Below are positions 19,888 to 30,017 of a stretch of 64,000 nt of DNA, in pieces; positions within the stretch are counted from its first letter, which is position 1; each line of letters begins with the position of its first letter. The notes below the pieces were generated by a model. That model searched no databases. It was not told the DNA's origin and worked only from the letters and a program-made list of their open reading frames with translations. Both the position numbers and the translations under genes were made by a program. Origin of the DNA: Micavibrio sp. (GTDB lineage: Bacteria; Pseudomonadota; Alphaproteobacteria; UBA9219); contig DYDA01000006.1 of NCBI GenBank assembly GCA_020718105.1, positions 5,442 to 69,441 on the forward strand, in the 5' to 3' direction.

Positions 19888-19990
19888 CCCCGCGAAAGCG
19901 GGGATCCCGTTTGGTCTTTCAAACCATCCATCATGTTCGCTCTATCCATTTTAACAAATTAAACTGGATCCCCGCTTTCGCGGGGATGAC
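19882..19990. repeat. MITE-like element, copy 3 (same arm family)
   Basis: cgtcatccccgcgaaagcggggatcccg at 19882; ggatccccgctttcgcggggatgacg ending 19990; glyA-rpiB intergenic. Confidence 0.8.
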
Positions 19991-20030
19991 GATAAAGGAA
20001 AGAACATGAGAGAAGTTTTCCTTTATCTCC

Positions 20031-20480
20031 CTACAGCCCACCCAAATCCGTCAGCATTTGGCAGCGATCCACATAGATACCGCTTAGCGCCTCCGTCGTC
20101 AAAAACACTTGCAAACAGTCAATGGCCAGACCCTCGCCTACCAGCTCTGCACCCAACGCAAGAATGTTCGCATTGTTATGCTGACGCGCCAAACGCGCCA
20201 TAAAGCCGTTCATGCATAAAGCGGCGCGAACGTGCGTAAAACGGTTGGACGTCATCGCCATCGCCTGCCCCGTTCCACAAATTAAAACGCCGACAGCGTC
20301 CGCCTCATCACGCATCGCTCCTGCAAGACGCACCGCGTACTCACCCGCGTTCACGCGCGTCTCGTCCATCGGCCCCAAATCCTTGACGGTATAAGGTTGG
20401 CCTTCAAGCCATGCGACCAAGGTTGCTTTGAGCCCCACGCCCCTATGATCCGAGGCCAGATATATTGTTTTTTGTGTCAT
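20031..20480 (-). CDS. rpiB: ribose-5-phosphate isomerase B
   Basis: MTQKTIYLASDHRG RpiB/LacAB N-terminus; start set at ATG 20480 within ORF 20031..20516. Confidence 0.9.
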   Translation of the reverse strand: MTQKTIYLASDHRGVGLKATLVAWLEGQPYTVKDLGPMDETRVNAGEYAVRLAGAMRDEADAVGVLICGTGQAMAMTSNRFTHVRAALCMNGFMARLARQHNNANILALGAELVGEGLAIDCLQVFLTTEALSGIYVDRCQMLTDLGGL

Positions 20481-20712
20481 GCGGCTGACCTTAATGATGC
20501 CGCCCCTAAAAGCCAACCCCCTCTTTCCTAAACGCTGAATCCTGAAGGCTAACTTCAGACATAGCTCCGCATGGCAATGTCAATAGCAGAAACATCCTCA
20601 TGAGTCAAGGGATTTTTTCAAGATTTTTATGTTTTTTCCAAAAATTCGTTAACTTATTGCCTTTTCTAGGATATTTTCTAACATAAAAGCCATCCCCATC
20701 TGTCACACCGTA

Positions 20713-21609
20713 GTGTATAGGTTGCTCATGTTCCCCAATCCCGACCTTTACACCCTGACCCTCACCTGCCGCCCCAACCAGATTGAGGCGATAGAGGCGT
20801 TGTTTGAAGAAGACTCACTGGCCATCAGCATTCTGTCCCCGCCGCGCAGCGACACCGCGCAGGTTGAGGTCTTGCTGGACGGTGAGCCTACGACCGCATG
20901 GGTGGATGAGCGTTTAAGAGGGATGGCGCACGCGCCGTCCTATACCATCGCGCCCGTTGGCAATTTAGACTGGATCAAAAAGGTGGCGCAAGATTTCCCA
21001 CCACTGCCCATCGCGAGGTGGACGGTTTACGGTGCCGCGCATCGCGATAAAATAACGGATTTTGACGCAGCCTTACAGATTGATGCGACCTCGGCCTTTG
21101 GTACGGGCGAGCATCCCACCACGCGCGGCTGCCTTGAAGCGCTTGATCGTCTTTTGAAAAATGAGGCGTTGCCACAACCCCAATCCATGCTGGACATGGG
21201 GTGTGGCTCTGGCATTTTAGCGATGGCGTTTGCCAAGGCTCTGACAAACGGCCATGCGTTAGGCGTCGATATGGATGAGCTTTCTGTCACCATCGCGAAT
21301 GAAAACGCCGCGATCAATGGCGTGGCAGATCGCACGACCTTTATCGCTGGCATGGGCTATGCGCCGCCGCCTGTGGCACAAGGCGCGCCGTATGATTTGA
21401 TTATGGCCAATATCTTTGCCGATCCTTTGTGCGCGATGGCAGGCGATTTAAAAAATCATTTAAAGGTCGGCGGTCACGCTATCCTCTCTGGCCTTTTGAA
21501 TACGCAAGCCGATGCCGTCATCGCCGCGCACCTCGCTCAAGGACTCACGCTTTTAGATCATCAAACGCTGGGTGAATGGTCTGTGCTTGCTCTTGGTCGT
21601 CCGATGTGA
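20713..21609 (+). CDS. prmA: ribosomal protein L11 methyltransferase
   Basis: MLDMGCGSGILAM SAM-binding motif, PrmA-like; 298 aa. Confidence 0.85.
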   Translation: MYRLLMFPNPDLYTLTLTCRPNQIEAIEALFEEDSLAISILSPPRSDTAQVEVLLDGEPTTAWVDERLRGMAHAPSYTIAPVGNLDWIKKVAQDFPPLPIARWTVYGAAHRDKITDFDAALQIDATSAFGTGEHPTTRGCLEALDRLLKNEALPQPQSMLDMGCGSGILAMAFAKALTNGHALGVDMDELSVTIANENAAINGVADRTTFIAGMGYAPPPVAQGAPYDLIMANIFADPLCAMAGDLKNHLKVGGHAILSGLLNTQADAVIAAHLAQGLTLLDHQTLGEWSVLALGRPM

Positions 21610-21621
21610 TCAAAATAAAAT

Positions 21622-23436
21622 ATGATTCATCTTTCCCCTCTGCCGCCCCTCGCTTCTCCTTTTCATGATCGCTTGCAGGCTCTTCGCGCTTCCCTTAAAG
21701 CGCAAGGGCTGGATGGCTTTCTTGTGCCGATGGCTGACGAATATCAAAACGAATACGTCGCGTCGTATGCCAAGCGCATCAAGTTTCTGACGGCCTTTAC
21801 CGGCTCTGCTGCCTTTGTCGTTGTGCTGATGGATCGTGCCGCGTTTTTCACGGACAGCCGCTATACGCTGCAAGCGCAAGAGCAACTTCCGGCGGGGCTT
21901 TACACGCTCTTTGATACGGCTAAAAAAACACCAACCGAGTGGTTAGAGGAAAATCTTCTCTCGCAAATGACGATGGGTTTTGATCCTACGCTTCATACCG
22001 CCAAGCAAATTGAGCGGCTAGAAAAAGTCGCACTTAAACGCAATGCCCGCCTTACGCCAGCGCAAGAAAATCCCATCGATGTGTTGTGGCAAGACAAACC
22101 GCCTGCGCCGTGCGCCCCTATCACAGCGCATGACACGACCTATGCGGGCAAAGCCTCCATCACTAAAAGGCACGAAATTGGCGATGCTTTACAAAAGAAA
22201 AATCTGAACGCCGCCATCATCACCAATCCCGCTTCCGTGGCGTGGCTTTTGAACGTGCGTGGCGGCGATGTTCCCTATACGCCACTGCCGCTCAGCACCG
22301 CCATCCTTCGCGCCGATGGAAGCGCCGAATGGTTCGTGGAGCCGCGCAAAATCGCGCATGGTCTTGATAGAACCTTAGGCACAGAAATCACGCGCCATGC
22401 GCAAGATGATTTCCCCGCTGCGCTGCGCCGTCTTGGCGAAGCCAAAGCGCGGGTTCTTGTTGATCCCGATGAAACCTCGTTTGCGACGATCACGTCTCTG
22501 CGAAAAGCGGGGGTGACGCTGGTTTATGAAAAGGATCCTTGCGCCCTGCCCCGCGCTTGCAAAAACAACACCGAGATTGACGGCATGCGCGCAGCGCACA
22601 GGCGCGATGGCGCGGCCCTCGTCAAGCTGTTGGCATGGCTGGATCAAACCGCACCACAAGGCGGCATCAGCGAAATTGATGTTGAAGAAAAACTGACCGA
22701 GCTACGCGCCATCGGCACGCTGTATCGCGGCCCCAGCTTTGCCACCATTGCGGGATCAGGACCCAACGGCGCGATTGTGCATTATCGCGCTCAAAAAGAT
22801 ACTTGCCGCACGCTGGATCAGGGCAGCTTCCTTCTGCTGGACAGCGGCGCGCAATATCTGGACGGCACAACGGACGTAACACGCACGATCCCTGTTGGCG
22901 AGATCACGCCAGAAATGCGCGAGCGTTACACGCGCGTGCTAAAGGGTCATATTGCCATGGCCTCTATCCGTTTTCCCGAAGGCACAAGCGGCGCAGAGCT
23001 GGACGTTTTGGCGCGGCAATACCTGTGGGAGGTTGGCCTTGATTATGGCCACGGCACAGGGCACGGCGTCGGCAGCTATCTTGGCGTGCATGAGGGGCCG
23101 CAAAGCCTCTCACGGCGAGGAACAACGGCGCTTGTCCCCAATATGGTGCTGTCGAACGAACCAGGTTTTTACAAAGCCAAGCACTACGGCATACGGCTTG
23201 AGAACCTGCAATACGTGATTGAGCTGTTTGAAATCAGCAGTCCAGAGATGAAGATGCTTGGCTTTGAGCCTTTGACGCTTGCGCCTTTTGATCGCCGCGC
23301 CATCGCGGTTGAGCTTCTTTCACAAAAAGAAAAAGCATGGCTAGACGCCTATCACGCCCGCGTGGCCAAGGCTCTGCGCCCTCAACTGGACGAAGCTTCG
23401 GCGCAATGGCTGACAGCGGCAACAGCTTCTTTATAA
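21622..23436 (+). CDS. Xaa-Pro aminopeptidase (M24 family, aminopeptidase P-like)
   Basis: Creatinase/prolidase N-domain plus pita-bread C-domain (HGTGHGVG); 604 aa. Confidence 0.85.
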   Translation: MIHLSPLPPLASPFHDRLQALRASLKAQGLDGFLVPMADEYQNEYVASYAKRIKFLTAFTGSAAFVVVLMDRAAFFTDSRYTLQAQEQLPAGLYTLFDTAKKTPTEWLEENLLSQMTMGFDPTLHTAKQIERLEKVALKRNARLTPAQENPIDVLWQDKPPAPCAPITAHDTTYAGKASITKRHEIGDALQKKNLNAAIITNPASVAWLLNVRGGDVPYTPLPLSTAILRADGSAEWFVEPRKIAHGLDRTLGTEITRHAQDDFPAALRRLGEAKARVLVDPDETSFATITSLRKAGVTLVYEKDPCALPRACKNNTEIDGMRAAHRRDGAALVKLLAWLDQTAPQGGISEIDVEEKLTELRAIGTLYRGPSFATIAGSGPNGAIVHYRAQKDTCRTLDQGSFLLLDSGAQYLDGTTDVTRTIPVGEITPEMRERYTRVLKGHIAMASIRFPEGTSGAELDVLARQYLWEVGLDYGHGTGHGVGSYLGVHEGPQSLSRRGTTALVPNMVLSNEPGFYKAKHYGIRLENLQYVIELFEISSPEMKMLGFEPLTLAPFDRRAIAVELLSQKEKAWLDAYHARVAKALRPQLDEASAQWLTAATASL

Positions 23437-23481
23437 AATCAACAAAAAAACGCCAGCCCTTGAACCATCAAAGGCTCGTGA

Positions 23482-24261
23482 TTAAACCGCTGTCCAACCA
23501 CCATCGATGGTATAGCTTGCGCCCGTGATTTGTCGCGCAGCGTCAGAGCATAAGAACACGGCAAGCGCGCCGATGTCTTCCGGACTCGCAAATTGTTTTG
23601 AAGGTTGCTTTTCGGACAACAGTTTGGCCGAGGCTTGCTCATTCGTCAGGCCATCGCGCTGCGCAATGGCATCGATTTGCGCTTGCACCAGCGGCGTCAA
23701 AACCCATCCGGGACAAATAGCATTGCACGTCACGCCACTGCCCGCCGCCTCTAGCGCCACAACCTTGGTCATGCCCAAAACAGCATGCTTTGCGCCGACA
23801 TAGGCTACTTTATTCGGACTGGCGACAAGGCCATGCGCCGATGAAATGTTGATAATGCGCCCCCAACCCTTTTCACGCATCAAAGGCAACGCCTTGCGCG
23901 TTGTATAAAACACAGAAGACATATTGGTCGCGATCACAGCATCCCATTTATCTAAGGGAAATTGATCAACGGGCGCGACAAACTGAATGCCTGCGTTATT
24001 CACAACGATATCAATAGAGCCAAAGGCCGTAAGCGTCGCGTCCATCATCGCGTTGATCTGATCAACCTTGCCAACATCCGCGCCGTTGTATTCCACGCGC
24101 ACGCCTAAAGCAGCAATCTCAGCCTTAGCGGCGGTTACCGTCGCCTCATCCGCAAAGCCATTGAGCATGATGTTCACGCCCTCCTTGGCAAGAGAGCAAG
24201 CAATACCAAAACCGATACCGCTGGTGGAGCCCGTAACGATGGCTGTTTTACCTTTAAGCAT
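23482..24261 (-). CDS. bdhA: D-beta-hydroxybutyrate dehydrogenase (SDR family)
   Basis: TGSTSGIG Rossmann motif, YxxxK, strong resemblance to 3-hydroxybutyrate dehydrogenases; 259 aa. Confidence 0.85.
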   Translation of the reverse strand: MLKGKTAIVTGSTSGIGFGIACSLAKEGVNIMLNGFADEATVTAAKAEIAALGVRVEYNGADVGKVDQINAMMDATLTAFGSIDIVVNNAGIQFVAPVDQFPLDKWDAVIATNMSSVFYTTRKALPLMREKGWGRIINISSAHGLVASPNKVAYVGAKHAVLGMTKVVALEAAGSGVTCNAICPGWVLTPLVQAQIDAIAQRDGLTNEQASAKLLSEKQPSKQFASPEDIGALAVFLCSDAARQITGASYTIDGGWTAV

Positions 24262-24337
24262 AACGATACCTCCCTTGCTGTAATGTTGGGGAAGTTTAGG
24301 TCAAGGAAGTTAAAAATTGATTAGGGGTCTTTTGTGA

Positions 24338-24425
24338 TGGCGGATGGGGTGGGATTCGAACCCACGGTGAGGTTACCCCCACGCCGGTTTTCAAGACCGG
24401 ATCCTTAAACCACTCGGACACCCAT
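24338..24425 (-). tRNA. tRNA-Ser (anticodon TGA), long variable arm, CCA encoded
   Basis: Reverse complement reads ggatgggtgtccgagtggtttaaggatccggtcTTGAAaaccgg...ggttcgaatcccaccccatccgcca; 88 nt. Confidence 0.85.
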
Positions 24426-24540
24426 CCACACGAAATCTTAAGTCGTCTGCCTTCTCATTTTGCGGCGCTTTGCGCCGCCGCCGGTATTCGCTTCGGCGGC
24501 AAAGCCGCCTTCGCGGCATCTCCGCTTCGCGTCGCTGTCA

Positions 24541-24574
24541 AGACCGGATCCTTAAACCACTCGGACACCCATCC
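24541..24574. repeat. duplicated 5' fragment (~34 nt) of the adjacent tRNA-Ser gene
   Basis: agaccggatccttaaaccactcggacacccatcc exactly repeats 24392-24425, ~115 bp beyond the tRNA 5' end. Confidence 0.8.
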
Positions 24575-24676
24575 ATCTCTTCTTTTTTGCTCGCCTTCCG
24601 TCTTCGCTGCTACGCAGCTTCGCCGGACAAGACGCTCGCGGGCGAGCGCTGTTTATAGCGAGGCCTTACGAAAAAA

Positions 24677-25306
24677 TCAAATGATCATCGTGCTGGTATC
24701 GCTCACCAGCCAGCGAGAGCGAAGATCAGTATGATGAAGGGCAAACCACTGCATCGCGATCACGCTGGACGCATCGCGCAACTTGCCGGAATACAGAAGG
24801 TTAATGGCCTGAACAGCCTCTAAAACGACAACTTTGATGTCCTCCCCCTCATGAGCGAGGCCGTAAATTGAGCCATCTTCGGGAGCTTTAGCGCGCCCCA
24901 CAAACAAGGTTGTGTATTCTGATACGCTCCCTGGACTGGGGTAATAGGAGGCGATTTTTTGCAAGTCCGTCACCTCGCAGCCCGCCTCTTCCAAAGCTTC
25001 GCGGCGAGCCGTCACTTCCGGCGTTTCATCAGCGCCAATCACGCCCGCGACGACCTCGATCAAAAAGGGATTGTCGCCTTTGGCCATAGGGCCTGCGCGA
25101 AACTCCTCGATCAAAATCACTTTGTCTTGATGGGGATCAAAAAGGAGGACGGCGGCAGCGTTGCGTGCGCCTTCAAACACCTCGCGTGAGAAAACATCGC
25201 TCCAGCCACCCGCATAAAGCTCTTGACGTAAATGAAACCGATCCACGCGAAAGTAGCCCTGAAACAAAGCCTCGCGGTGAATGATTTCATACTTTTTATC
25301 GGACAT
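24677..25306 (-). CDS. NUDIX hydrolase, ADP-ribose pyrophosphatase-like
   Basis: Nudix box (REALEEAGCEV-like), NudF-like N-terminus; 209 aa. Confidence 0.8.
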   Translation of the reverse strand: MSDKKYEIIHREALFQGYFRVDRFHLRQELYAGGWSDVFSREVFEGARNAAAVLLFDPHQDKVILIEEFRAGPMAKGDNPFLIEVVAGVIGADETPEVTARREALEEAGCEVTDLQKIASYYPSPGSVSEYTTLFVGRAKAPEDGSIYGLAHEGEDIKVVVLEAVQAINLLYSGKLRDASSVIAMQWFALHHTDLRSRWLVSDTSTMII

Positions 25307-25356
25307 AACGTCTCTCTTTTGAAGTCAACAAGCAGCCCCCCCTTTGGGTGACGAAC

Positions 25357-26283
25357 CTATTTCACCAACAAACAGCTGGCTTTTTGTTGAGCTAGATCGG
25401 CGCAGATAGCCTTGGCTTTTGCCTCGCCGACGGGGCTGCTGATAAGGCGATAATAGATGCCTTTTGCGCCTAAATCAGCCTGCACAACGCGCAAAGATGC
25501 GCCGCCCAAAACCCCCGCGTATTTGGCTTGATATTTTTTCAACTCGCGCTGCGCTGTTGCCTCATCAGGGAAAGAGGCCAGCTGAACCGACGCTTTCTTT
25601 CCCGTTGTGGCGACAGGCGTTGGAGCCGTCGTTGTTTCCGGCTCTACCTTGGCCGCTGCGGGAACCTCCCCCGTCGTAAACAAGGCAGCAGGAAGCCGCG
25701 AGGGTTCTTGCTGAATCTTTTCTGCCGCTTTTTTGACGGGTTCTTTAGGCGCTACGGCAGCAGGCTTAGGTTCTTCTTTTTTAGCCTCTTCTTTTTTGGG
25801 GGCGGGCTCTTCAGGGGCAGCCATAACAGCAGGCGCAGGAGGAACGGGCGCTTCGGTGACCGCAGGCGGCAGTTCTTCTTGAACAGGCGGAGGAGGCGTG
25901 GCCGGAGCCGGTGGAGCCTGTGGTGTTTCGGGTGGCGGTAAAAGTTGTTCAGCCCCGCCTGTGACAGGCGAAGGCGAACCGCTTTTTTGATCAAGCTGCT
26001 GAAACACAGCCACATCTTGATGCGGAATATCAATCCCACCGGGTTGATCGGGACGCTCTTTGATGGGCCGTTCAGCTTGAATGGTGGGGATTTCCTGTGG
26101 CGCATCACCAGAGCCCTCCCCCATCCCGTTAATCACAATGCCTGCGATCACGGCCACGATCAGCAATCCTACGACCATTAAAAGACGGCGCGGCGTGATA
26201 AGCGGCGCGGCAGCGCTACGACGAGCATAGTCTGAGCGCACAGGACGCTGGGCGAACAATTCAGGCGGTGATTGTCTCGTCAT
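25357..26283 (-). CDS. SPOR domain-containing, proline-rich membrane-anchored protein
   Basis: TM anchor, long Pro/Ala/Glu-rich linker, C-terminal SPOR-like domain; start overlaps argS 3' end. Confidence 0.75.
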   Translation of the reverse strand: MTRQSPPELFAQRPVRSDYARRSAAAPLITPRRLLMVVGLLIVAVIAGIVINGMGEGSGDAPQEIPTIQAERPIKERPDQPGGIDIPHQDVAVFQQLDQKSGSPSPVTGGAEQLLPPPETPQAPPAPATPPPPVQEELPPAVTEAPVPPAPAVMAAPEEPAPKKEEAKKEEPKPAAVAPKEPVKKAAEKIQQEPSRLPAALFTTGEVPAAAKVEPETTTAPTPVATTGKKASVQLASFPDEATAQRELKKYQAKYAGVLGGASLRVVQADLGAKGIYYRLISSPVGEAKAKAICADLAQQKASCLLVK

Positions 26284-28036
26284 TCTTCATCTCCTCTAAA
26301 GCCTCGCAGCCCATCACGGCAAGGCCGCTGGCTAAAACCGTTTGCACCGCTTTAACAAGCGCCATCTTGGTGCGCGTTAGGTCGGGTTGATCCGTCATGA
26401 TAAAACGTAGCGCGGCATTGTCATTGCCCTTATTCCAAAAGCCATGAAAGGCCGCCGCCATCTCTAACAAGAAAAATGCGATGCGGTGAGGTTCTTGCGC
26501 TATCGCCGCCGCTTCAACCGCACGCGGCCATCCCGCCAAGGCGCGGATCAATGCGATTTCCTCTGGCTCCTTAAGCGCCGACAAATCAAGCCGCGCCAGC
26601 GCCTGCGCCGAGGCGTCAAGGTCGGGGATCATCGCCGCCGCATTACGCAAGACGGAACAGCACCGCGCATGCGCGTATTGCACATAAAACACGGGATTGT
26701 CGCGCGTCGTCTCTACCACCTTGGCAAAATCGAACTCTAACTCAGAGTCCGGCGCGCGCGTCAGCATGAAAAAGCGCACTGCGCCGACGCCGACTTGCTC
26801 CACCATCTCGCGCAGCGTAATCAAATTGCCGGAGCGCTTGGAGAGTTTAACGGGCACGCCGTTCTTATAGATTTTGACGATGTTGTTAAAGATAACCTCA
26901 AGCCGCGCCGTGCCACCAGAAAAAGCCGCAACGCAAGGCCTCAACCGCTCTAAATAGCCGCCATGATCCGTTCCCAGAATGTTGATCATGTATTGAAAGC
27001 CTCGCTGCACTTTGTCATAGTGATAGGCCATGTCGGGCATCACATACGCCCATGTCCCATCGCGTTTTTTCAGCGGGCGATCCACATCATCGCCAAACTG
27101 GCTAGAGCGGAACAGCGTGAGAGGTACAGGTTCCCAATCCGCCATTTCCTTGCCACGCGGCGGCGGCAGCGTGCCAACATAGATTAGTCCTTTTTCATCC
27201 AGAATTTTATAGACCTTGTCCAGCGTGCCATCTTCAACAATCACGCGCTCGTTCGTAAACACGTCGTGCTTGATGCCGATCAGCGCCAAGTCTTCCTTGA
27301 TCACCTCAATCATATAATCGCAAGCAAAGCGACGAACGGGCGCAAGCCATGCCTCTTCGGGCTTGCCCCGCCATTTATCGCCATCACGCTTGACCAGTGC
27401 CGCCGCAACTTCTTTCAAATACTCACCCGGATAAAAGCCTTCGGGGATCGCACCGATGTCCTCGCCCAAAGCTTCGCGATAGCGCAAGTGCGTTGTCTTG
27501 GCCAGCACATCAATCTGCGTGCCCGCGTCATTCATGTAATACTCACGCGTCACGTCATAGCCAGCCTTGGTCAAAAGGCGGCACAGCGTATCGCCCAGCA
27601 CCGCGCCGCGCACATGCCCCGCGTGCATGGGGCCTGTGGGGTTGGCCGAGACAAACTCCACATTCACTTTTTGGTGATGGCCAAGAGCGCTGTCGCCATA
27701 GGCAAGGCCAGCGGTCAGAATCTCTTTAAGCTCGACCTGCCAAGCTTCGGGTTTTAAGCGCAGGTTGATAAAACCGGGGCCTGCAATCTCGGCACTCGCC
27801 ACCATCGGCAATTTCAAAAGCTTGGGCTTGATGATTTCGGCAATCACACGCGGCGGCTTACCTGCCAGCTTGGTGAGGGTCATCGCGACATTCGTCGCCA
27901 TATCGCCATGCGCGGGATCGCGCGGCGGCTCCACCACAAAAGATGGAATCGGCGCAGAAAAAGTCAAAGCGCCCTCTTTCACCAATTGATCAACGATGGA
28001 TGCAACAGACGCTTGAACGGTTTTAAAAATAGACAC
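26261..28036 (-). CDS. argS: arginyl-tRNA synthetase
   Basis: Class I aaRS HIGH (HAGH) and KMSKS-like (KLSKRSG) motifs; 591 aa. Confidence 0.95.
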   Translation of the reverse strand: MSIFKTVQASVASIVDQLVKEGALTFSAPIPSFVVEPPRDPAHGDMATNVAMTLTKLAGKPPRVIAEIIKPKLLKLPMVASAEIAGPGFINLRLKPEAWQVELKEILTAGLAYGDSALGHHQKVNVEFVSANPTGPMHAGHVRGAVLGDTLCRLLTKAGYDVTREYYMNDAGTQIDVLAKTTHLRYREALGEDIGAIPEGFYPGEYLKEVAAALVKRDGDKWRGKPEEAWLAPVRRFACDYMIEVIKEDLALIGIKHDVFTNERVIVEDGTLDKVYKILDEKGLIYVGTLPPPRGKEMADWEPVPLTLFRSSQFGDDVDRPLKKRDGTWAYVMPDMAYHYDKVQRGFQYMINILGTDHGGYLERLRPCVAAFSGGTARLEVIFNNIVKIYKNGVPVKLSKRSGNLITLREMVEQVGVGAVRFFMLTRAPDSELEFDFAKVVETTRDNPVFYVQYAHARCCSVLRNAAAMIPDLDASAQALARLDLSALKEPEEIALIRALAGWPRAVEAAAIAQEPHRIAFFLLEMAAAFHGFWNKGNDNAALRFIMTDQPDLTRTKMALVKAVQTVLASGLAVMGCEALEEMKNDETITA

Positions 28037-28154
28037 GGAAAAGAGACTCCCTTAATGGATACCCCCTGCTTTTGCCAACGCTTGAAGGGCGATGAGGAGA
28101 GAGGATAATTTTAAATACAAACCCATCCCGTCGCTCTTACGGCGGCAGCGGTGC

Positions 28155-29669
28155 TTATCCTTGCAGCAAGCGGCGGAGGAGGTCAACGTCCTCGCGGAAG
28201 GTGTTGTCGTAAGCCGACAGCTCCTCAATCTTTTTCACGGCATGAATAACCGTGGTGTGATCACGGCCACCGAACTTGCGGCCAATTTCAGGAAGGCTGC
28301 GCGGCGTCAGTTGCTTGGCCAGATACATCGCCACTTGGCGAGGACGCGCCACAGCGCGAGCACGGCGGGCTGAGTGCATATCCGACACGCGAATGTTGTA
28401 ATGTTCGGCCACTTTCTTTTGAATCTCGTCAATCGTGATGCGGCGCTCGGTCGAGCGAAGAACGTCGGCCAGCACTTCTTGCGTCATCTCTAGCGAGATG
28501 GTGCGTCCCACCAACTGTGAATGCGCGACGATACGGTTCAGCGCACCTTCCAGCTCACGCACGTTCGATGTGATTTTATGTCCCAGAAACTCGATTACCT
28601 TATCGGGCATGGCACAGCCCAACTTCTCGGCTTTGGCGTGCAAAATGCCAAGGCGCAATTCGTAATTTGCGGGATGAAGATCCGCCACAAGACCCCAGCC
28701 AAGGCGTGAGCGCAAACGCTCCTCAACGCGATCCAAATCCTGTGGCGATTTATCAGCAGAGACGATGACCTGACGATTGCGATCAACCAGCGCGTTAAAG
28801 GTGTGGAAGAATTCTTCCTGTGTCGTGTCCTTGCCGCCAATAAATTGAACGTCATCGATCATCAAAACATCAACCGAACGGAACTGGTCTTTAAACGAGA
28901 CGGTGTCCTTATAACGAAGCGCCCGCACGAATTGATACATGAACTTTTCGGCAGACATATAAATGACGCGGCGATTGGGGAAATTACGACGGATTTGCCA
29001 CGCGATGGCATGCATCAAATGCGTCTTGCCAAGGCCAGAGCCACCATAAAGGAAGAGCGGGTTAAACGTCGGCGCTTCCGTATCGGCCACGCGACGCGCA
29101 GCGGCATAGGCCAGCTCATTGGGCTTGCCTACGACAAAATTCTCAAACGTAAAGCGCGGATCCAACGCGGCCTCTTCGCTGGGCGAGCCCTGCGGCATAG
29201 ACGTCACCAGCGAAGGAAAAGACGCCGCTTTTTGTTGGGGCAGCGCGGCAGCCACAGGCGACTTATCGCTCATCGCGATGCTTTCTTGCACCGTGGCAAT
29301 GGGTTTTAACAAGGGGGAGGCAACAATAAAATCAACGTCGCCCGTCTTGACAAGTTTCCGCCACAACATGCGAACGACATCGCCGTAATGCGCTTCGATC
29401 CAATCGCGCATAAAGCGCGTAGGCGCAGAAACAGAAAGGACGGAATCGCCTTTGGCATTAAGATCAACGCTTCCTTTGACGGGTTCGATCCAGCGGCGAT
29501 AGGCCGTCTCACCCAAATGGTCGCGCAAAAGGTCGCGCAGTTGCGCCCAGACAGGCGACGCCAAATCAAGAGAGGCAGCGATATCCAAAGAGTCGGCAAC
29601 TTGATCAGGCAATTGTGTGCTTTCACTCATTTGCTTTTTAGCTGCCATCGATACCATGGAAGTCCTCAC
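28155..29669 (-). CDS. dnaA: chromosomal replication initiator protein DnaA
   Basis: AAA+ Walker A GGSGLGKTHL, sensor motifs, C-terminal DnaA-box-binding HTH; 504 aa. Confidence 0.95.
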   Translation of the reverse strand: MRTSMVSMAAKKQMSESTQLPDQVADSLDIAASLDLASPVWAQLRDLLRDHLGETAYRRWIEPVKGSVDLNAKGDSVLSVSAPTRFMRDWIEAHYGDVVRMLWRKLVKTGDVDFIVASPLLKPIATVQESIAMSDKSPVAAALPQQKAASFPSLVTSMPQGSPSEEAALDPRFTFENFVVGKPNELAYAAARRVADTEAPTFNPLFLYGGSGLGKTHLMHAIAWQIRRNFPNRRVIYMSAEKFMYQFVRALRYKDTVSFKDQFRSVDVLMIDDVQFIGGKDTTQEEFFHTFNALVDRNRQVIVSADKSPQDLDRVEERLRSRLGWGLVADLHPANYELRLGILHAKAEKLGCAMPDKVIEFLGHKITSNVRELEGALNRIVAHSQLVGRTISLEMTQEVLADVLRSTERRITIDEIQKKVAEHYNIRVSDMHSARRARAVARPRQVAMYLAKQLTPRSLPEIGRKFGGRDHTTVIHAVKKIEELSAYDNTFREDVDLLRRLLQG

Positions 29670-29956
29670 TTAAAACGCAACATGTTACAGGAGCGGGCTT
29701 TAAAAAGCTTTTCGGAAAGCTAGGCAGAAAGTCCGTATTGATACGCATTCAAACTTCGGCGAACAGGTGAGCACCATAGAACAAAAGTGATTCGTTTTAC
29801 AATGGGTCTTGTCATCCAAAATTGAAAAAATATTTTTTCTTCGCAAGAAAACATCACGCGCATGAAACGATGATTTTCGTTTTTGGCTTACTCTAAAATC
29901 AAGGTTATTATGGCTGAAGCCAAGATGTTTTTTATAGCGGATTTTTCTGATGAAAA

Positions 29957-29995
29957 AAAACGCGCGAGACTGAGAGCCTCGCGCGTTTAAAATTC
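29957..29995 (-). terminator. rho-independent terminator of rpsT
   Basis: Minus-strand stem acgcgcgaggctctcagtctcgcgcgt followed by a T8 run, immediately 3' of rpsT. Confidence 0.65.
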
Positions 29996-30017
29996 ATAGT
30001 GTCTTGATCGGAAAGGA

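Noticed and set aside
16791-19954. ORFs 16843..17166+, 17299..17965+, 17724..17933- and 19751..19954+ containing [10 protein letters not shown] / IPAFAGMT peptides
   Set aside because: These are translations of the palindromic MITE-like repeats and flanking antisense sequence, not genes. The same peptide motif recurs because the DNA repeat recurs.
29670-29956. Calling this region the chromosomal origin (oriC) because it flanks dnaA
   Set aside because: No cluster of consensus DnaA boxes is visible, and alphaproteobacterial origins are often not next to dnaA. Kept only as a low-interest observation.
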